DNA of 64,000 nucleotides from the human T2T-CHM13v2.0 reference genome, Homo sapiens. Positions 40,252 to 53,156 of the stretch are shown in pieces. Under the pieces are notes generated by a model, which ran no database searches, had not been told where the DNA came from, and worked only from the letters and a program-made list of their open reading frames with translations. The stretch lies in NCBI RefSeq assembly GCF_009914755.1, contig NC_060944.1; one strand, written 5' to 3'. The number at the start of each line of letters is the position of its first letter. Within the stretch, counting starts at the first letter, position 1. The position numbers and the translations under genes are program-made.

Positions 40252-40683
40252 TGTACTGTTTTCCTATGATGCTGTAACAAAATACCATAAACTTTGTGGT
40301 TTAAAGCCATGGAAATTTATTTGCTCACAGTTTTGGAGGTGGGATATCTGAAATTAGTATCACTGGGCCAAAATCAAGGTGTTGGCTGGGCTGCGCTCCC
40401 TCAGGAGGCTCTGGGGGAAATTTAATTCCTCGCCTCTTCCAGCTTCTGGTGGTTGGCAGCATTTCTTGGCTTGTGGCCACTCACTCCAATCTCTGCCTTC
40501 TCCTTTTCTATATGCATTGCTTTCTCCTTCTCTGTATGTGTCAAATTTCTCTCTGTCTCTCCATCTCAGCCAAGATACTTAATCATATCCACAAAGTTCC
40601 TTTGTACCATATAAGGTAATATTTACAGGTTTCAGTGATTGGGATGTGCATATCTTTTGGAGGGCCATTATTCAGACTATCAC
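40252..40683 (-). mobile_element. MLT1B/C LTR
   Basis: tgtactgttttcctatgatgctgtaacaaaataccataaac...aatcaaggtgttggctgggc...gggccattattcagactatcac. Confidence 0.82.
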
Positions 40684-40734
40684 TCTCAGATAGGTTCTTC
40701 TCATGAGATGGTAAAGACTGTTACCAGAAACTCT

Positions 40735-40952
40735 AGACAAGGAATAAGAAAACTATGATTTTAAGGCCAAATGCAGGCTGCCTGTTCCTGAGAATAAAGT
40801 TTTACTGGAGCACAGCCATGCCCATTTGCTACATATTGTCTATGGCTACTTTCATGAATGGAGTAGTTGCAATACAGAGCTTACAACCCAGAAAGACTCA
40901 AATATTTTCACTTATGCCATTTACAGAAAAAGCTTGCTTGATGTCTGCTCTA
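40735..40952. mobile_element. MER58A MITE
   Basis: ggccaaatgcaggc...aataaagttttactggagcacagccatgcccatttg...tttacagaaaaagcttgc. Confidence 0.8.
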
Positions 40953-42579
40953 GACTGATGTTTTACCAGCTTAGCAACTCCAGTGGAAAATTCCAAAATT
41001 TACATATATTGGCTTAGCTTGGACCACATGCTCATCCTTGAACCAATCACGATGTCCACGGGAATGCAAAGCTCTGGTTGGACCAACCAGAATCCTGTGC
41101 CCACCTCTGTAACCTGGACCTGGGGTAAACCTCACTTAAAACACATAGATCACAGAAGAGGGAGGCTTTTTTTTCCAAAAGAGATCTTGGGAGAAAATAC
41201 CAAAATAAGGGAGAAGGGATGCTGAGCGATGAATGTTTTGAGAACAAAAAAAGAGTAGTTCACTAAGAGTATGCTCGTCAGCAGAGTGGAAGGCTTCACT
41301 GGGGGAAAGAAGATGCAGGAGCAAGAAGGAGAGTGCAGAGAATCAGGGACAGCATTGGTGTCAAGTTAGATCTCCACAAATTCCTCAAAACCAAGCCTGA
41401 GGGACATCTGAGGGACAGGTGGAAGATTCTAGAAAAAATGAGGTGAAAGAAATGACCAGAATGTTAGGAGGAGAAGTTGTAGAGGTTGGAGCCACAGAGG
41501 CCAGAGCAGGGAAGAGATAAGAGAGGAACTATCGACAGAGTTAAATGCCCCTGAGAGGACCAGAGACGAATGAACAGGACAGAAATGCGCGGCGGGGAGC
41601 TGAACAGGACCCTGGCTTAACGCAGTGGGTTGCAGGTCTAGAGCAGAAGCAGTTGTGCTTCCTGAATCCAGTTCTTATACTTTTCTCACACTCTGAATAA
41701 TCTGGTCCTAGGTGTAAGTTTTTGACAGTCACGGTTCTCTAAAACAGGAATTGCTAAGTAATAAAACTCTTACATTAAGAGCTGTGAACTTACAGGAAAT
41801 TATTGAAATGTGCTTAACTCTTGATCCTCACCTCCAAGAAATTTTAAAATGCTTAAACCATTTTATCATAACTTTGCTTTCTTCTCAACAAAGTATTTTG
41901 AGATGATTTTTTATGGGAGATGCCACATAAAAATCAACTGGTTTGAAATGGCAGAGGTTTTAAAAGATTTTAATAGATTGATAAGGTGGGTCACCTCTTT
42001 ACATCTTTGGCATGAAGCCCAGAGAAATAAAGTAAAAAAGTAAGAAAGAGACAAAAGTTGGGATAGTGCAGAGGGCATTTGAGCTGAGAAAGGAGCCACA
42101 CTAATATTCAATGAGAATAGCGACCTTTCAACTTTCCAAGAGTGATCTTTGTCCTCATGGCCAAAATATACTCCAGTGGAAAACACTGGGTTATGAGAAC
42201 TAAAAGTAGTGTGTGTGCGCGTGTGTGCCTGTGTGTGAGCTGATGTAGAAATAAAAAACACATCATGAGCATATATGATTGTCTCCAATTAATATTCCAG
42301 GAAACACAGGAAAGGTGGTAAAAATAAGAAACTTTGCCCTTTGGGCAGTTAGTACCAGTCTAGGAAACTGCTGGTGTCAATATATTGATGCTTCCCTTTG
42401 CACATCTGGTGAAATCTTAGGATGCCAGTGAGTGTGTCTCTTCCCAGGATGAACTCTCTCTCTCTTTTTTTAAATATTGACTTTAAAAATACAATATTAA
42501 TTTGGGCTCAGTGCAGAGATCAGGACAATATGGGAGCAGCACAATGCACAAAACATGCCTGATCTATGAGAATCTATAC

Positions 42580-42685
42580 CAGGTTTCCAAAGCATGCCTT
42601 GGCATCAGAGCCAGTTGTGCTATTTGCTGAAAATACAGTCTTGATCTCACCATAGACTGAGTGTGTCAGGGTCTGGGAATCCGTT
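42580..42685. mobile_element. MER5A fragment
   Basis: ggtttccaaagcatg...gcatcagagcca..tgctgaaaatacag...gggaatc. Confidence 0.5.
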
Positions 42686-43046
42686 TGTATCAGTCCATTT
42701 TCATGTTGCTGATAAAGACATACTTGAAACTGTGCAATTTACAAAAGAAAGAAGTTTAATGGACTTACAGTTCCACATGGCTGGAGTGGCCTCTCAATCA
42801 TGGCGGAAGGCAAGGAGGAGTAAGTCACGTCTTACATGGATGGTGACAGGCAAACAGAGAGAGAGAGCTTGTGCAGGGGAACTCCTTTTTTTTAAAACCA
42901 TCAGATCTCATGAGACTTATTCACTATCAGGAGAACAGCATGGGAAAGACTTGCCCCCATGATTCAATTACCTCCCACTGGGTCCCTCCCACAACATGTG
43001 GGAATTCAAGATGAGATTTGGGTGGGGACACAGCCAAACCGTATCA
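42686..43046 (-). mobile_element. THE1B solo LTR
   Basis: tgtatcagtccattttcatgttgctgataaagac...gggtggggacacagccaaaccgtatca; 361 bp; 5-bp TSD ccgtt/ctgtt. Confidence 0.92.
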
Positions 43047-43074
43047 CTGTTCTTTTTTTTTTCCTTCAAATTTC

Positions 43075-43590
43075 AAAGTTCTTTTACACATTTACATCTA
43101 AATTTTATTTATTTTTGAATAGATGACATGTTCATAAGTATAAACTGAAAAGATTTAAATGAATATATAGGGAAATATAAGACTTGGTCTCACATCTGAT
43201 TTTTAGGATACTTGTTCTCCTCTCCGGGGGAACCCTGTTACCAGACCCTTCTGGAGACATTTATTGCTTGTGCAAGCATATGGTACTCTTTTATATATGT
43301 GTGTGTGTGTGTATATATATATATCTAACTATAATTCATATACATGTATACACATATATATCTACATGTGTATATGTTTAAAACAGAAACAGTAGCAAAC
43401 CATTTATATGGTTTTGCTTTTTAAAAACTTAATCTTGGAATAATTGCACATATTCACATTCAGAGCTATATTGTTCTTAGCTGTTGACTTGATAGTTCAT
43501 CACTGATCAGACTCCTACTGATGGATATTTAGGTTGTCTTCAACATGTGCCTCTGACAGACAGTCTCATAATCAATATCCCTGTTATTTC
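43075..43590 (-). mobile_element. old L1M (L1ME-like) 3' fragment with (TA/TG)n
   Basis: cctactgatggatatttaggttgtcttcaa motif. Confidence 0.6.
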
Positions 43591-43997
43591 GATATATAAG
43601 GAGACTGTAACACATTATATAAGTTGGCCCTTTTAGTTTCAAGCCATAGAAAATGAACTCTGGCTTATTTAAACAGAGAAGGAATTAATTAGAGGATCTA
43701 CAAAAGGGCCAGGGAATCAGAGAAACCAGGAAAAGGGTCAAAACTGATCTGTAGAAGGAACTGGTGTCATGAAGACACTGCTGTCATCATTGCTGGGTCC
43801 TAATGCTGCTGCCTGGGCCAGGGATACCGGCCTCACTGGAAACAGCAACTCCAGCTACCATCACTGACACCACCATTTGTACAAACTGGATGTAGTTCTG
43901 GCCCCACTGCCGGTACCTTTGCCACAGTAGGTTGTGCACAAGCTCTGCTTTTTTGTGTTGTAAACTCTCCAAGATTCGCTTGATTGTTGGAGCCTAT

Positions 43998-44933
<936 letters not shown>

Positions 44934-45052
44934 TATGTTATGTGTTCTAACCACAAGGGAGTCCAGGAAAGTGAGAATAAAACCTCTACAGTGACAGTTT
45001 TTCTCTGACCCCACTGCATTACTTAAAGGGGTCGGGTCCTTAACAGGGGGCT

Positions 45053-45548
45053 GTGTTGGTTGGTTGGTTGGGTTTCTCCCAAAAGCAGATCATGTGTCAA
45101 GGCTTTGGGTATAGGGAGCGTGTTGGAAGATGATCCCAGAAAGCACTGAATGGAGGAGTGGGCAAAATGAGACACAAAAGGAAGGAAAGTCAATGAAAGA
45201 TGCATTAGTGAGTGGCTTTCCGTTGTGGGCATCCGGGGCTCCATTCCACTGAGGAGCCTCTGAAGCATCATGTAGGACTCACTTCAGAACTGACCCACTG
45301 GCTTTTTAGTGGGAAAGCTAGAATATGTATCCTCCAACTCTCATTCTTCATTGGTTGAGGTTTGTTCATAGAGGCCTTACATCCCCGGCCGAGCAAGCTC
45401 GGCACCAGAGGAGCCCCTGGTTAGAGAAAGAGTCATGAAAGCTGGAGGTGGGAAGCGTCAGTGTGGGTGGAGAATGTCCACGTTGATTCCTGGAAAATGT
45501 GGAGGTGGGCCACGAGAATCAGGGGTGGGCATCACCAGTGTCTGCTAC
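45053..45548 (-). mobile_element. ERVL solo LTR (LTR16/LTR33 group)
   Basis: gggtttctcccaaaagcagatcatgtgtcaaggctttgggt...gatgatcccagaaagcac...ggcatcaccagtgtctgctaca. Confidence 0.78.
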
Positions 45549-46669
45549 AAGGGGTTCATATACTGGGTAACCGAAAATGAGAAGCTGAGAGGATCTCAAA
45601 AGAAGACAGAAAATAAATAAGTGAATAAAAAATAGAGTAAACACAAGTATGGCTTAGTGATTGATTGCTGAACAAATGCCTTCTGGATATATCAGCTCTC
45701 TAATGAAGAATGCAAAAAAGTACTGATGGTAGGATCAATATTGTTAGAATCTCCTAATTTGTTTACTATTGATAGATACCAGCTAATATGATGGCACTAG
45801 ACACAATATTTGTTTTATATTTATCAGCTAGTGGGAATATATTTCTATATGCCAATTTTTTTGAGTACTGCTGATGAGTACACACGACATCGTGACTGCA
45901 CCATTAGGTTTGATGAATCCATATAATTGCTGCACAAATATTTTGAATTTAATTGCATGTAATATAGTTAACACTCGGTTATGAGTGCCAATAAGGGAAG
46001 CAGTGACATGGATAATTCGAAACAGTGGAAAACCCAAAATCGTTTATGTAAAACTTCTTTGGCCCATTTTTGACTCAGGGCTACAGATTCACCTTTCTAA
46101 TTATATTTTGTTTAGGCTAGTAATAAGAATTATTTTCATTTGGTAAAACATGGGCTGATGGAAGAAGAAAGTTGTTGAAATGTGTTCTGCTTGTTGGTAG
46201 AAGCTGGCATTAGAAGTTTTCAAGAGATAGCCACATTTAGGTAATTGAGAGTTTACTGGCTCAAATCTCATTAAAGTCAGATGATTTCTCCTCATTGTTC
46301 ACGTATGTTAAGTACCAGGCACTGTATTAAGTTCTTTACACAGATGATCTCATTCTTTCCTTACAGCCGCCATAATTAGGGGATGTTTTGTAGTGGAAAA
46401 GAATGATACTTCTAGAATCAAGTTGTGTTTCTGCCAAGTTATTAGTTATGTGAAATTGGTCAAGTTACTAAATCAGATGAGGTTTTTCATCTGCCAATAA
46501 TAGTAGTGGTAAGCCATAAAGTTGCTGACAGCCCACGGTGACTAAATAAGAGAATCTATCTAAAGCACAGTGACTGGCTTATGATGTCCAGTTCCATTAC
46601 AGACTGGGTTAGTCTCAAAGTTGGTGTTCTGCTTATCCTCAGCCTGTGCTCTCAGTGAGCCCTCTGGAA

Positions 46670-46838
46670 CAGTGCTCCTTAAGCTTTTAAATGCATCCAG
46701 ATCACCTGGGGACCTTGTTGAAAAGAAACTCTGATTTAGTAAGTCTGGAACAGGACCTGAGATTCTGCATTCCTAATAAGCTCTGGGAGGGTGCTCATGG
46801 TACTGACTTGTGGAGCACTCATGGAGTGGTGAGGCACT
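46670..46838. mobile_element. MER5A MITE
   Basis: cagtgctccttaagctt..atgcatccagatcacctgggga...cctgagattctgcattcctaataagct. Confidence 0.82.
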
Positions 46839-47239
46839 GGATAATTTTGGTCAAACATTTTAATTTCACTTTAGTTTTCTTTGTATCCACAGCAGGTTCA
46901 GAGAAGAAGCAAGGCTTTCTGTCTGCTTTTCTTTGCCATGCAAGGTCCAACTCAGGTGCCAGACTTCCAGGAAATCTTCCTCATCTCTCAGATCCCTTGA
47001 ATGTCCCTTTCCCACATTTCTAGTACAGAAGTTTTTCTAGTACTAGAAGTTTTCAGCAAATAGCCACATTTGGGTAGCTGAGAGTTTACTGGCTGAAATC
47101 TCATTAAAGTCTGTCAGGTACTTTCTCCTCGTTGTTCCTGTATATTCAGTACCAGGTACTATATTAAGTTCCTTACAAAGATGATCTCATTCCTTCCTCA
47201 CAGCCACCATAATTAGATAGCTACCTGCTGGGAAGCATT

Positions 47240-47480
47240 ACTGGGAAGTAGCTATGAATACAGACCCTGGGGTTATGCAGACTTGGGTTTCAATTGAATC
47301 TCTGCTGCTTACTAATTCTATGACTTTGGACCTGTGGACCAATAACTTCTCTGAACTTCAGTTTCCTCATCTGTCAAATGGGCCTGATAATAAAAGCCAC
47401 ACAATGGGGTCATTGTAAGACTCAGACGGGTGCTTAGTGTAAAAAGTCTTAGCCCTATGGCTGGTACCCAGCAAGTGAAC
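47240..47480 (+). mobile_element. MIR SINE
   Basis: cagacttgggtttcaat...aacttctctgaacttcagtttcctcatctgtcaaatggg. Confidence 0.82.
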
Positions 47481-47529
47481 TGAGAGGTTCACAGGGTTGT
47501 AAGCAAAGTGAGGATGGGCACTTACATGT

Positions 47530-47985
47530 TTTGTCTGTCATTTTGCCAGTTCATGTAATCCAAATATGGCCGCTTCTCTCTTCTTTCCCAGAAACTCACT
47601 TTCCCAGTCTCCCTTTCAGCTAGGGACAGCCATGTGACCAGTTCTGGCCAGTGAGATGTGAGTCCCACTGTTCCAGGGACTTCTGGGAAAAAAATCTACG
47701 ACCTGGGAAAGGAAAGAGCCAGTTGAGGAAAAGCCCTTTGTCCCTTCTTTGTTTATATCTCCAACTTCCCGATTTTTCCTGTGGCTGTGATGGCCAGGAT
47801 GTGGCAGCCCTCTGGTTATAACAGTGTCACAAATCCTTCATTGAGGCTGCCTTGCAACCCAAGCTCTGCCTCTCTCCAATCCTCTCTTTCCCTCCCTTCA
47901 TAGGTGCAGATGCTGAGAGCACTTTCTAGTCAAGTCCTGCATGTTCATTTCTGTCTCAAGTCAGCTTCTCTGAGAATCCAATTTA
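47530..47985 (+). mobile_element. MLT1 LTR fragment followed by LTR16/33 3' piece
   Basis: ttcccagtctccctttcagctagggacagccatgtgaccagttctggccagtgagatgtgag; then ctgtctcaagtcagcttctctgagaatccaa. Confidence 0.6.
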
Positions 47986-48152
47986 TAAAAATATATTTGT
48001 GAATGTATAAGTAAAGTGACTTGGATTTTGTCTACGTACAAGGACTTCTATGCCTGCATAAAACAGGTAATATTTATCTTTCGTTGTTGCTGTTTCTGGT
48101 GTCTAAATCCCCTTCTAATAGTTGGAAGAAATTTTCCTGCCTCTTAATATAG

Positions 48153-48430
<278 letters not shown>

Positions 48431-49094
48431 AGAGTCCCATTCTTTAATTCAAGACCGAGTAGCCAGTGCTGGTTAAGAAGTAGTGGGAGAGGTTGTGTTT
48501 TCGCGATGCTGCAGCTGCACTGAGGTCTTTGGGGGCAGCAGTGCCAACTGCAGCAGGGATCGTTTACAGGAGCAGCCTCTCTCCAGGGCCTGCAGGCTGC
48601 AGGGTTGGGGGTGCTGGCCGGACAAGCTGCAGCTTCCAGTGCTCTCCATGGGGGACACAGCACATCCCCACCAGACTAGGCTGTAATGTGCTTTTCCTGT
48701 GGTTAGGGATGGAAAGCCATCTTTTGTGCAGCTCTCTGTCCGTGCCTTGTTCTCTAGCCTTCCTAAATGATTCCGAGTGCAGTCAGTTTTTCTTATTTGC
48801 ATCACAGAACCATGTCTGCGGCCTACTATGTAATACTATTTAATTTGTATCTGTGGACATTTAAAGTCTTGATATATTTTCTGTATCATTATTGATAACA
48901 ATGGTAAGTATCATTTGAGGATTTATAGGTCACAGAATGCCTACGTATGCATTACTTGATTTATTCCTCATATAACACTGTAGGTTAATATATTTGTTTT
49001 AACCCTTATTTTGTAAGTTAGCATCTGAGAGGTGGAATAACCTGCCTAAGCTGACTCAGTAAATGGCAGAACTGGACTGGAACCTACGCTTTCT

Positions 49095-49393
49095 TTCTTT
49101 CTTTTTTTTCTTTTTTTGAGATGGAGTCTTGCTGTGTCACCCAGGCCCGAGTGAGTGGTGTGATCTCAGCTCACTGCACCCTCCGCCTCCCGGGTTCAAG
49201 CAGTTCTGCCTCAATCTCCTGGTAGCTGGGACTACAGGCGCATGCCACCACGCCCGGCTAATTTTTTGTATTTTTAGTAGAGATGGGGTTTCACCATATT
49301 GGCCAGGCTGATCTCGAACTGCTAACCTCGTGATCCGCCCGCCTTGGCCTCTCAAAGTGCTGGGATTCCAGGTGTGAACCTACACGCCCGGCC
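49095..49393 (-). mobile_element. AluS (Sg/Sc-like) at the end of a MIR (about 48900-49094)
   Basis: TSD ggaacctacgctttct (49079-49094) / ggaacctaagctttct (49394-49409). Confidence 0.94.
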
Positions 49394-49519
49394 GGAACCT
49401 AAGCTTTCTATTTAATTTTTTAAACATTGAAATCTTTTGGAAGCAAATACTATGTTAACCAAAAATCTGAACATCTCACCTTATTGAATAATGGAGATGA
49501 TTTAAGTAAAACTTTAAGT

Positions 49520-50200
49520 CACAAAATAAAAATATCTTTTTCTTAATTCAAACAATACAGAATAATAGAAGATGGAAAAGTAACCAGAAGAAACAAATGC
49601 TAACACTTTCTTTTGCATTTTTATAGAAATTTTTGAAATACACATATTTAAGCAGGTTGAAGTATAGTGTTTTTTAAATACAAATCAAGCGATATTATAC
49701 ATAATGTTCTTTAACTTGCTTTTTTATCTTGCATTCAGTGAAATATCTCAGACATCTTGTCAATATTGTTGTAAATAGCTTTGCTTAATTCTAACTGGCA
49801 TTCATTATTTTGTGCTTATATTTTAATCTAAATGGTCAGTCTTCTATTGATGTATGTTGTCTTAAGTACTGGTTTCCTGGAACCATTGCCTGAGATGGGC
49901 ATTTTTATAAACGTGATTTATCAAGGGAGTGGATGAAGCAGGAGAGGACAGAGGAAGAATCCTGGCAATCCTCTTGTCCTCTTGAGATGATGCTGTGGCT
50001 TGAGCTCTTAGCAGCCAACCCTCACTGCTATTTAAGGGGAGGAATGCCAATTCATTAAAGAGATCTTGGTGGGACACCATCAGCACCAGCTACATGTATT
50101 TAGATGGTTTCCAGTTTTCTATATTAATCATTTTGGGATGAACATTCTCATACTATTCATGTCTTTGTGTGCTGTGAAAAATTCTTAGATGTGATAATTC
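49520..50200 (-). mobile_element. old L1ME fragment with an ERVL LTR piece (about 49855-50095)
   Basis: cttctattgatg...[ggtttcctggaaccattgcctgagatggg]...atttagatggtttccagtttt. Confidence 0.55.
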
Positions 50201-50212
50201 TAAACTGAAGGA

Positions 50213-50670
50213 TGTGGTAGCAATGCCAGATACTCATACAATGTCCAGTGTTCTTTCCTCCTTACTGACACAACAACAATTTGTTGGCTGTGTCAACATG
50301 CCTAGTTTTAAAAATTATACTTCCCAGCCTTCTTTGATGTTAGAGACATAGTTTTGACCAATAAAAGTGAAGTAATTGGCTATAGCTTCCAGGAAGGCTC
50401 CAGGTGGGGTAGGAGGCAGTGGCAGTCACACTCATCTGGGACATATTCTTTATGCACTTCACCCTCAGCTTTTTCTTGCCCAGAACGGGGATGTGATACT
50501 GAAGGGGGCGCAGCCACCTTGTGATTGTGAGGTGACAGGTCCTCAGCTGTCTAAGCAAGAGACATTATGGAACATTCTATGAGCTGTTTAGCATGCTGGA
50601 CTTCCTAATGACGGCTTCTATTTATGTGAGGGGGAAGATGCCTTATTAATTTCAGATTCTAATGGATATG
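50213..50670 (+). mobile_element. MLT1J-like LTR
   Basis: tgtggtagca start; atacttcccagccttctttgatgttagagacatagttttgaccaataaaa. Confidence 0.65.
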
Positions 50671-50737
50671 GAGTATGTGCATTTAAATGTTGGTACACAC
50701 AGTGGAGTAGGATTTCATGGGACATTAGGCTCCAAAG

Positions 50738-50932
50738 CAGGGTCTCTCAACCTCAGCATGGTTGATATTTGGGGCTGGAGAATTCTTGGTTTTGGTGGGC
50801 TTTCCTGTGCATTGTAGGGTGTTTAGAGAACTCCTGGTCTTTACCCACTAGATGCCATTATCACCACCCCTTCCCAGTTGTGACAAGCATGTCTCCAGAC
50901 ATGACTGAATGTCTCTTGGTTGAGAGCTACTG
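50738..50932 (-). mobile_element. MER20 hAT MITE
   Basis: cagggtctctcaacctcagcatggttgatatttggggctggagaattctt...tacccactagatgcca...tgtctccagacat. Confidence 0.88.
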
Positions 50933-51167
50933 CTGCAAAATCAGCATGCAAGGCAACCATTACATGTAGTCAAAAATACACCAGAAGATCTATTAAAATC
51001 ATTGATAAAATACAGGATTCATTCATTCCTTCAGAAATATTTCCTGAAGGGCAGCTATGTGTTATGTGCTGTTTTTGGTGCTAAAGTTGGAACAGTATGC
51101 AAGGCACACAGGAAATAAGATACCTGCTCCCCCTGGAGTTTATGTTCGACCAGGAGAAAACAAACTA

Positions 51168-51191
51168 TATATATACACACACACACTATAA

Positions 51192-51222
<31 letters not shown>
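51168..51222. repeat. (TA)n/(CA)n compound microsatellite
   Basis: Direct reading. Confidence 0.95.
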
Positions 51223-51225
<3 letters not shown>

Positions 51226-51318
51226 CTGATACAGAGTACGTTTTGTATTCCTGGGCATTTAAGATCTTCATGTATATTTTTATCATTACCAATAATAACA
51301 GTAAGTAATGATTTAGAG

Positions 51319-51541
51319 CAGGGATCTGTATGCTACATATAGCCCGTGGCGAAATCTGGCCCACCACTTGATAAAGTTTTATTGGCACACAGCCATGTCC
51401 GTTCATGAAGTATTGTCTATGGCTTCTTCCATGCTGCAGTGGTGACAGTGGCTGAATTTAGTTGTAAAAGAGACCCTACGACTCATAAGACCTAAAATAT
51501 TTACTATCTGGCCCTTTGCAGAAGACATTTGCTGACCCCTG
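51319..51541. mobile_element. MER58A MITE
   Basis: aaatctggcccacc...ataaagttttattggcacacagccatg...cctaaaatatttactatctggccctttgcagaa..tttgctgacccctg. Confidence 0.88.
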
Positions 51542-51699
51542 GCTTAGAGATTTATAGTTCATAGAATAAGTATACTTGCATTATCTTGTTTGTTCCTCGA
51601 AGTAATCCTCTGATATAGTTGTTTTCCCTCTTGTATTATGGGTCAGAGTCTGAGTGAGGGGATGACTTGCTCCAGTTCACTTAGTTAGCAGTTCCAGGT

Positions 51700-52315
51700 G
51701 GTCGCTGTGCTGCTGGGGAGACTGCAATTATAAATAGCGTTGTCATGGAAGAACTCATCAGGAAGGTGACAGAGATGTGAAGGCAGAATGAAGAGACCCA
51801 TGTGGATAGCTGAGGGACCAGAATTCTTGGTAGAAGGAAGGTGCCTTGTGTGTTTGAGGAACAGTTAGAGGTCAGCTGATGGAGCATGAGGGAGATTAGC
51901 TGGAGATGCAGTCAGGGAGGAGTGGATGGGGCAGGTGGTGTAGGACTTTACTTTTTACTGAGTGTGCTGTGGGGCCCATGGGAGGCTTTGAGAAGAGGAG
52001 TGGCATGATCTGACTTATGGCTGAACAGAAAACACCAGTTCCCTGTAAAGAATGGACCAAAAGGGTCAAGAGTAGCATCAGGGAGCTCTGTTGGGGATGG
52101 AATGGGAGGTAGCAGCAGCTGTGTGAGAAGAGGTTAAATTACAAATCTACTTTGGAGGGAGATTTGATTGCAGATGGATTGGAGGGGTGAGGGTAGGTTG
52201 AGAGAGAACATGGGGTCAAGGAAGACACCAGGGATTTTTGCTTGAGAGCTGGAAAGATGAAGTAACTGGCTGAGACGGGATGGTGGGCTTGGGAACCAGA
52301 AGTTCAATGTTCCAT
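51700..52315 (-). mobile_element. L2 fragment
   Basis: gactttacttttactgagtg...gccatgggaggctttgagaagaggagtggcatgatctgactta; agatttgattgcagatggattgga. Confidence 0.8.
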
Positions 52316-52512
52316 TCAAGATCCCTGTTATGCTCACCATATTTTTTGGAACTGCCATGGACTAAAGAAAAAAGTAAAAGGAAAATGAGTAGTTATATAT
52401 TTAGGCATTTTCAAATCAAACCACCCTATGTTAAGAGATCTATAGGTTTCCCAATGGTGAGTAGAGAGTGAGTGGAGAATTCTCAAGGGCTTCTGGCTTG
52501 CTTGAAAAGCTT

Positions 52513-53156
52513 CCAAGGCTCTGCAAACTTGTTCAGTAAAGGACTCAATGGTAAATATTGTAGGTTTTGTGGGCTATATTAATCAGCTAGGGCTGCCATA
52601 ATAGAATACCATAGACTGGGTGGCTTAAGCAACAGAGATTCCTTTTCTCACAGTTTTGGAGTCTGGAAGTCTGAGATCAGGGGACCATTATGGTGGAGTT
52701 TTGGTGAGGGCTCTCTTCTGGGCTTGCAGACAGCAGCCTTCTTGCTATGTATTCTCCTGGCAGGGGTGATGTTGAGGGGGTGGGCGGGTGGAGAGAGAAA
52801 GAGAGAGAGAGATCGATCATTTTCTTTTTTAAAAATATAAGGCCATGGTCCTATTGGATTAAGGCCTCACCCTTATGACCTCATTAAATCTTAATTCGCC
52901 TAAAGACCCTGTCTGCAGATATGGTCATATTTGGGGTGGGGGTTAGGGCTTCAACATAAGAATTTTTGGTGAACAAAATTTAGTTCATAGCATGGGCCAT
53001 ACTGTCTCTGTTGCAAACTCAACTCTGCTGTTGTAGTGCAAATGCATCCATAGACAATGTGTAACATGTGGATGTGGCTGCATTACAATATAACTTATTT
53101 AAAACACAGGAAGCAGGCTAGATTTGGTTCCTGGGCGAAAGGGTTTTCCAACCCTT
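52513..53156. mobile_element. MER58A MITE split by MLT1A0
   Basis: ctgcaaacttgttcagtaaaggac...taggttttgtgggc|...|catactgtctctgttgcaaactcaactctgc. Confidence 0.82.
52575..52992 (-). mobile_element. MLT1A0-like LTR
   Basis: agggctgccataatagaataccatagactgggtggcttaagcaacaga...; 5-bp TSD tgggc (52570-52574 / 52993-52997). Confidence 0.88.

Larger units (their letters stand above)
40180..41260 (-). mobile_element. MLT1K-like LTR hosting MLT1B/C and MER58A
   Basis: cttggttgaaaatgacataaacccaattta start; attggcttagcttggaccacatgctcatccttgaaccaatcac. Confidence 0.6.
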
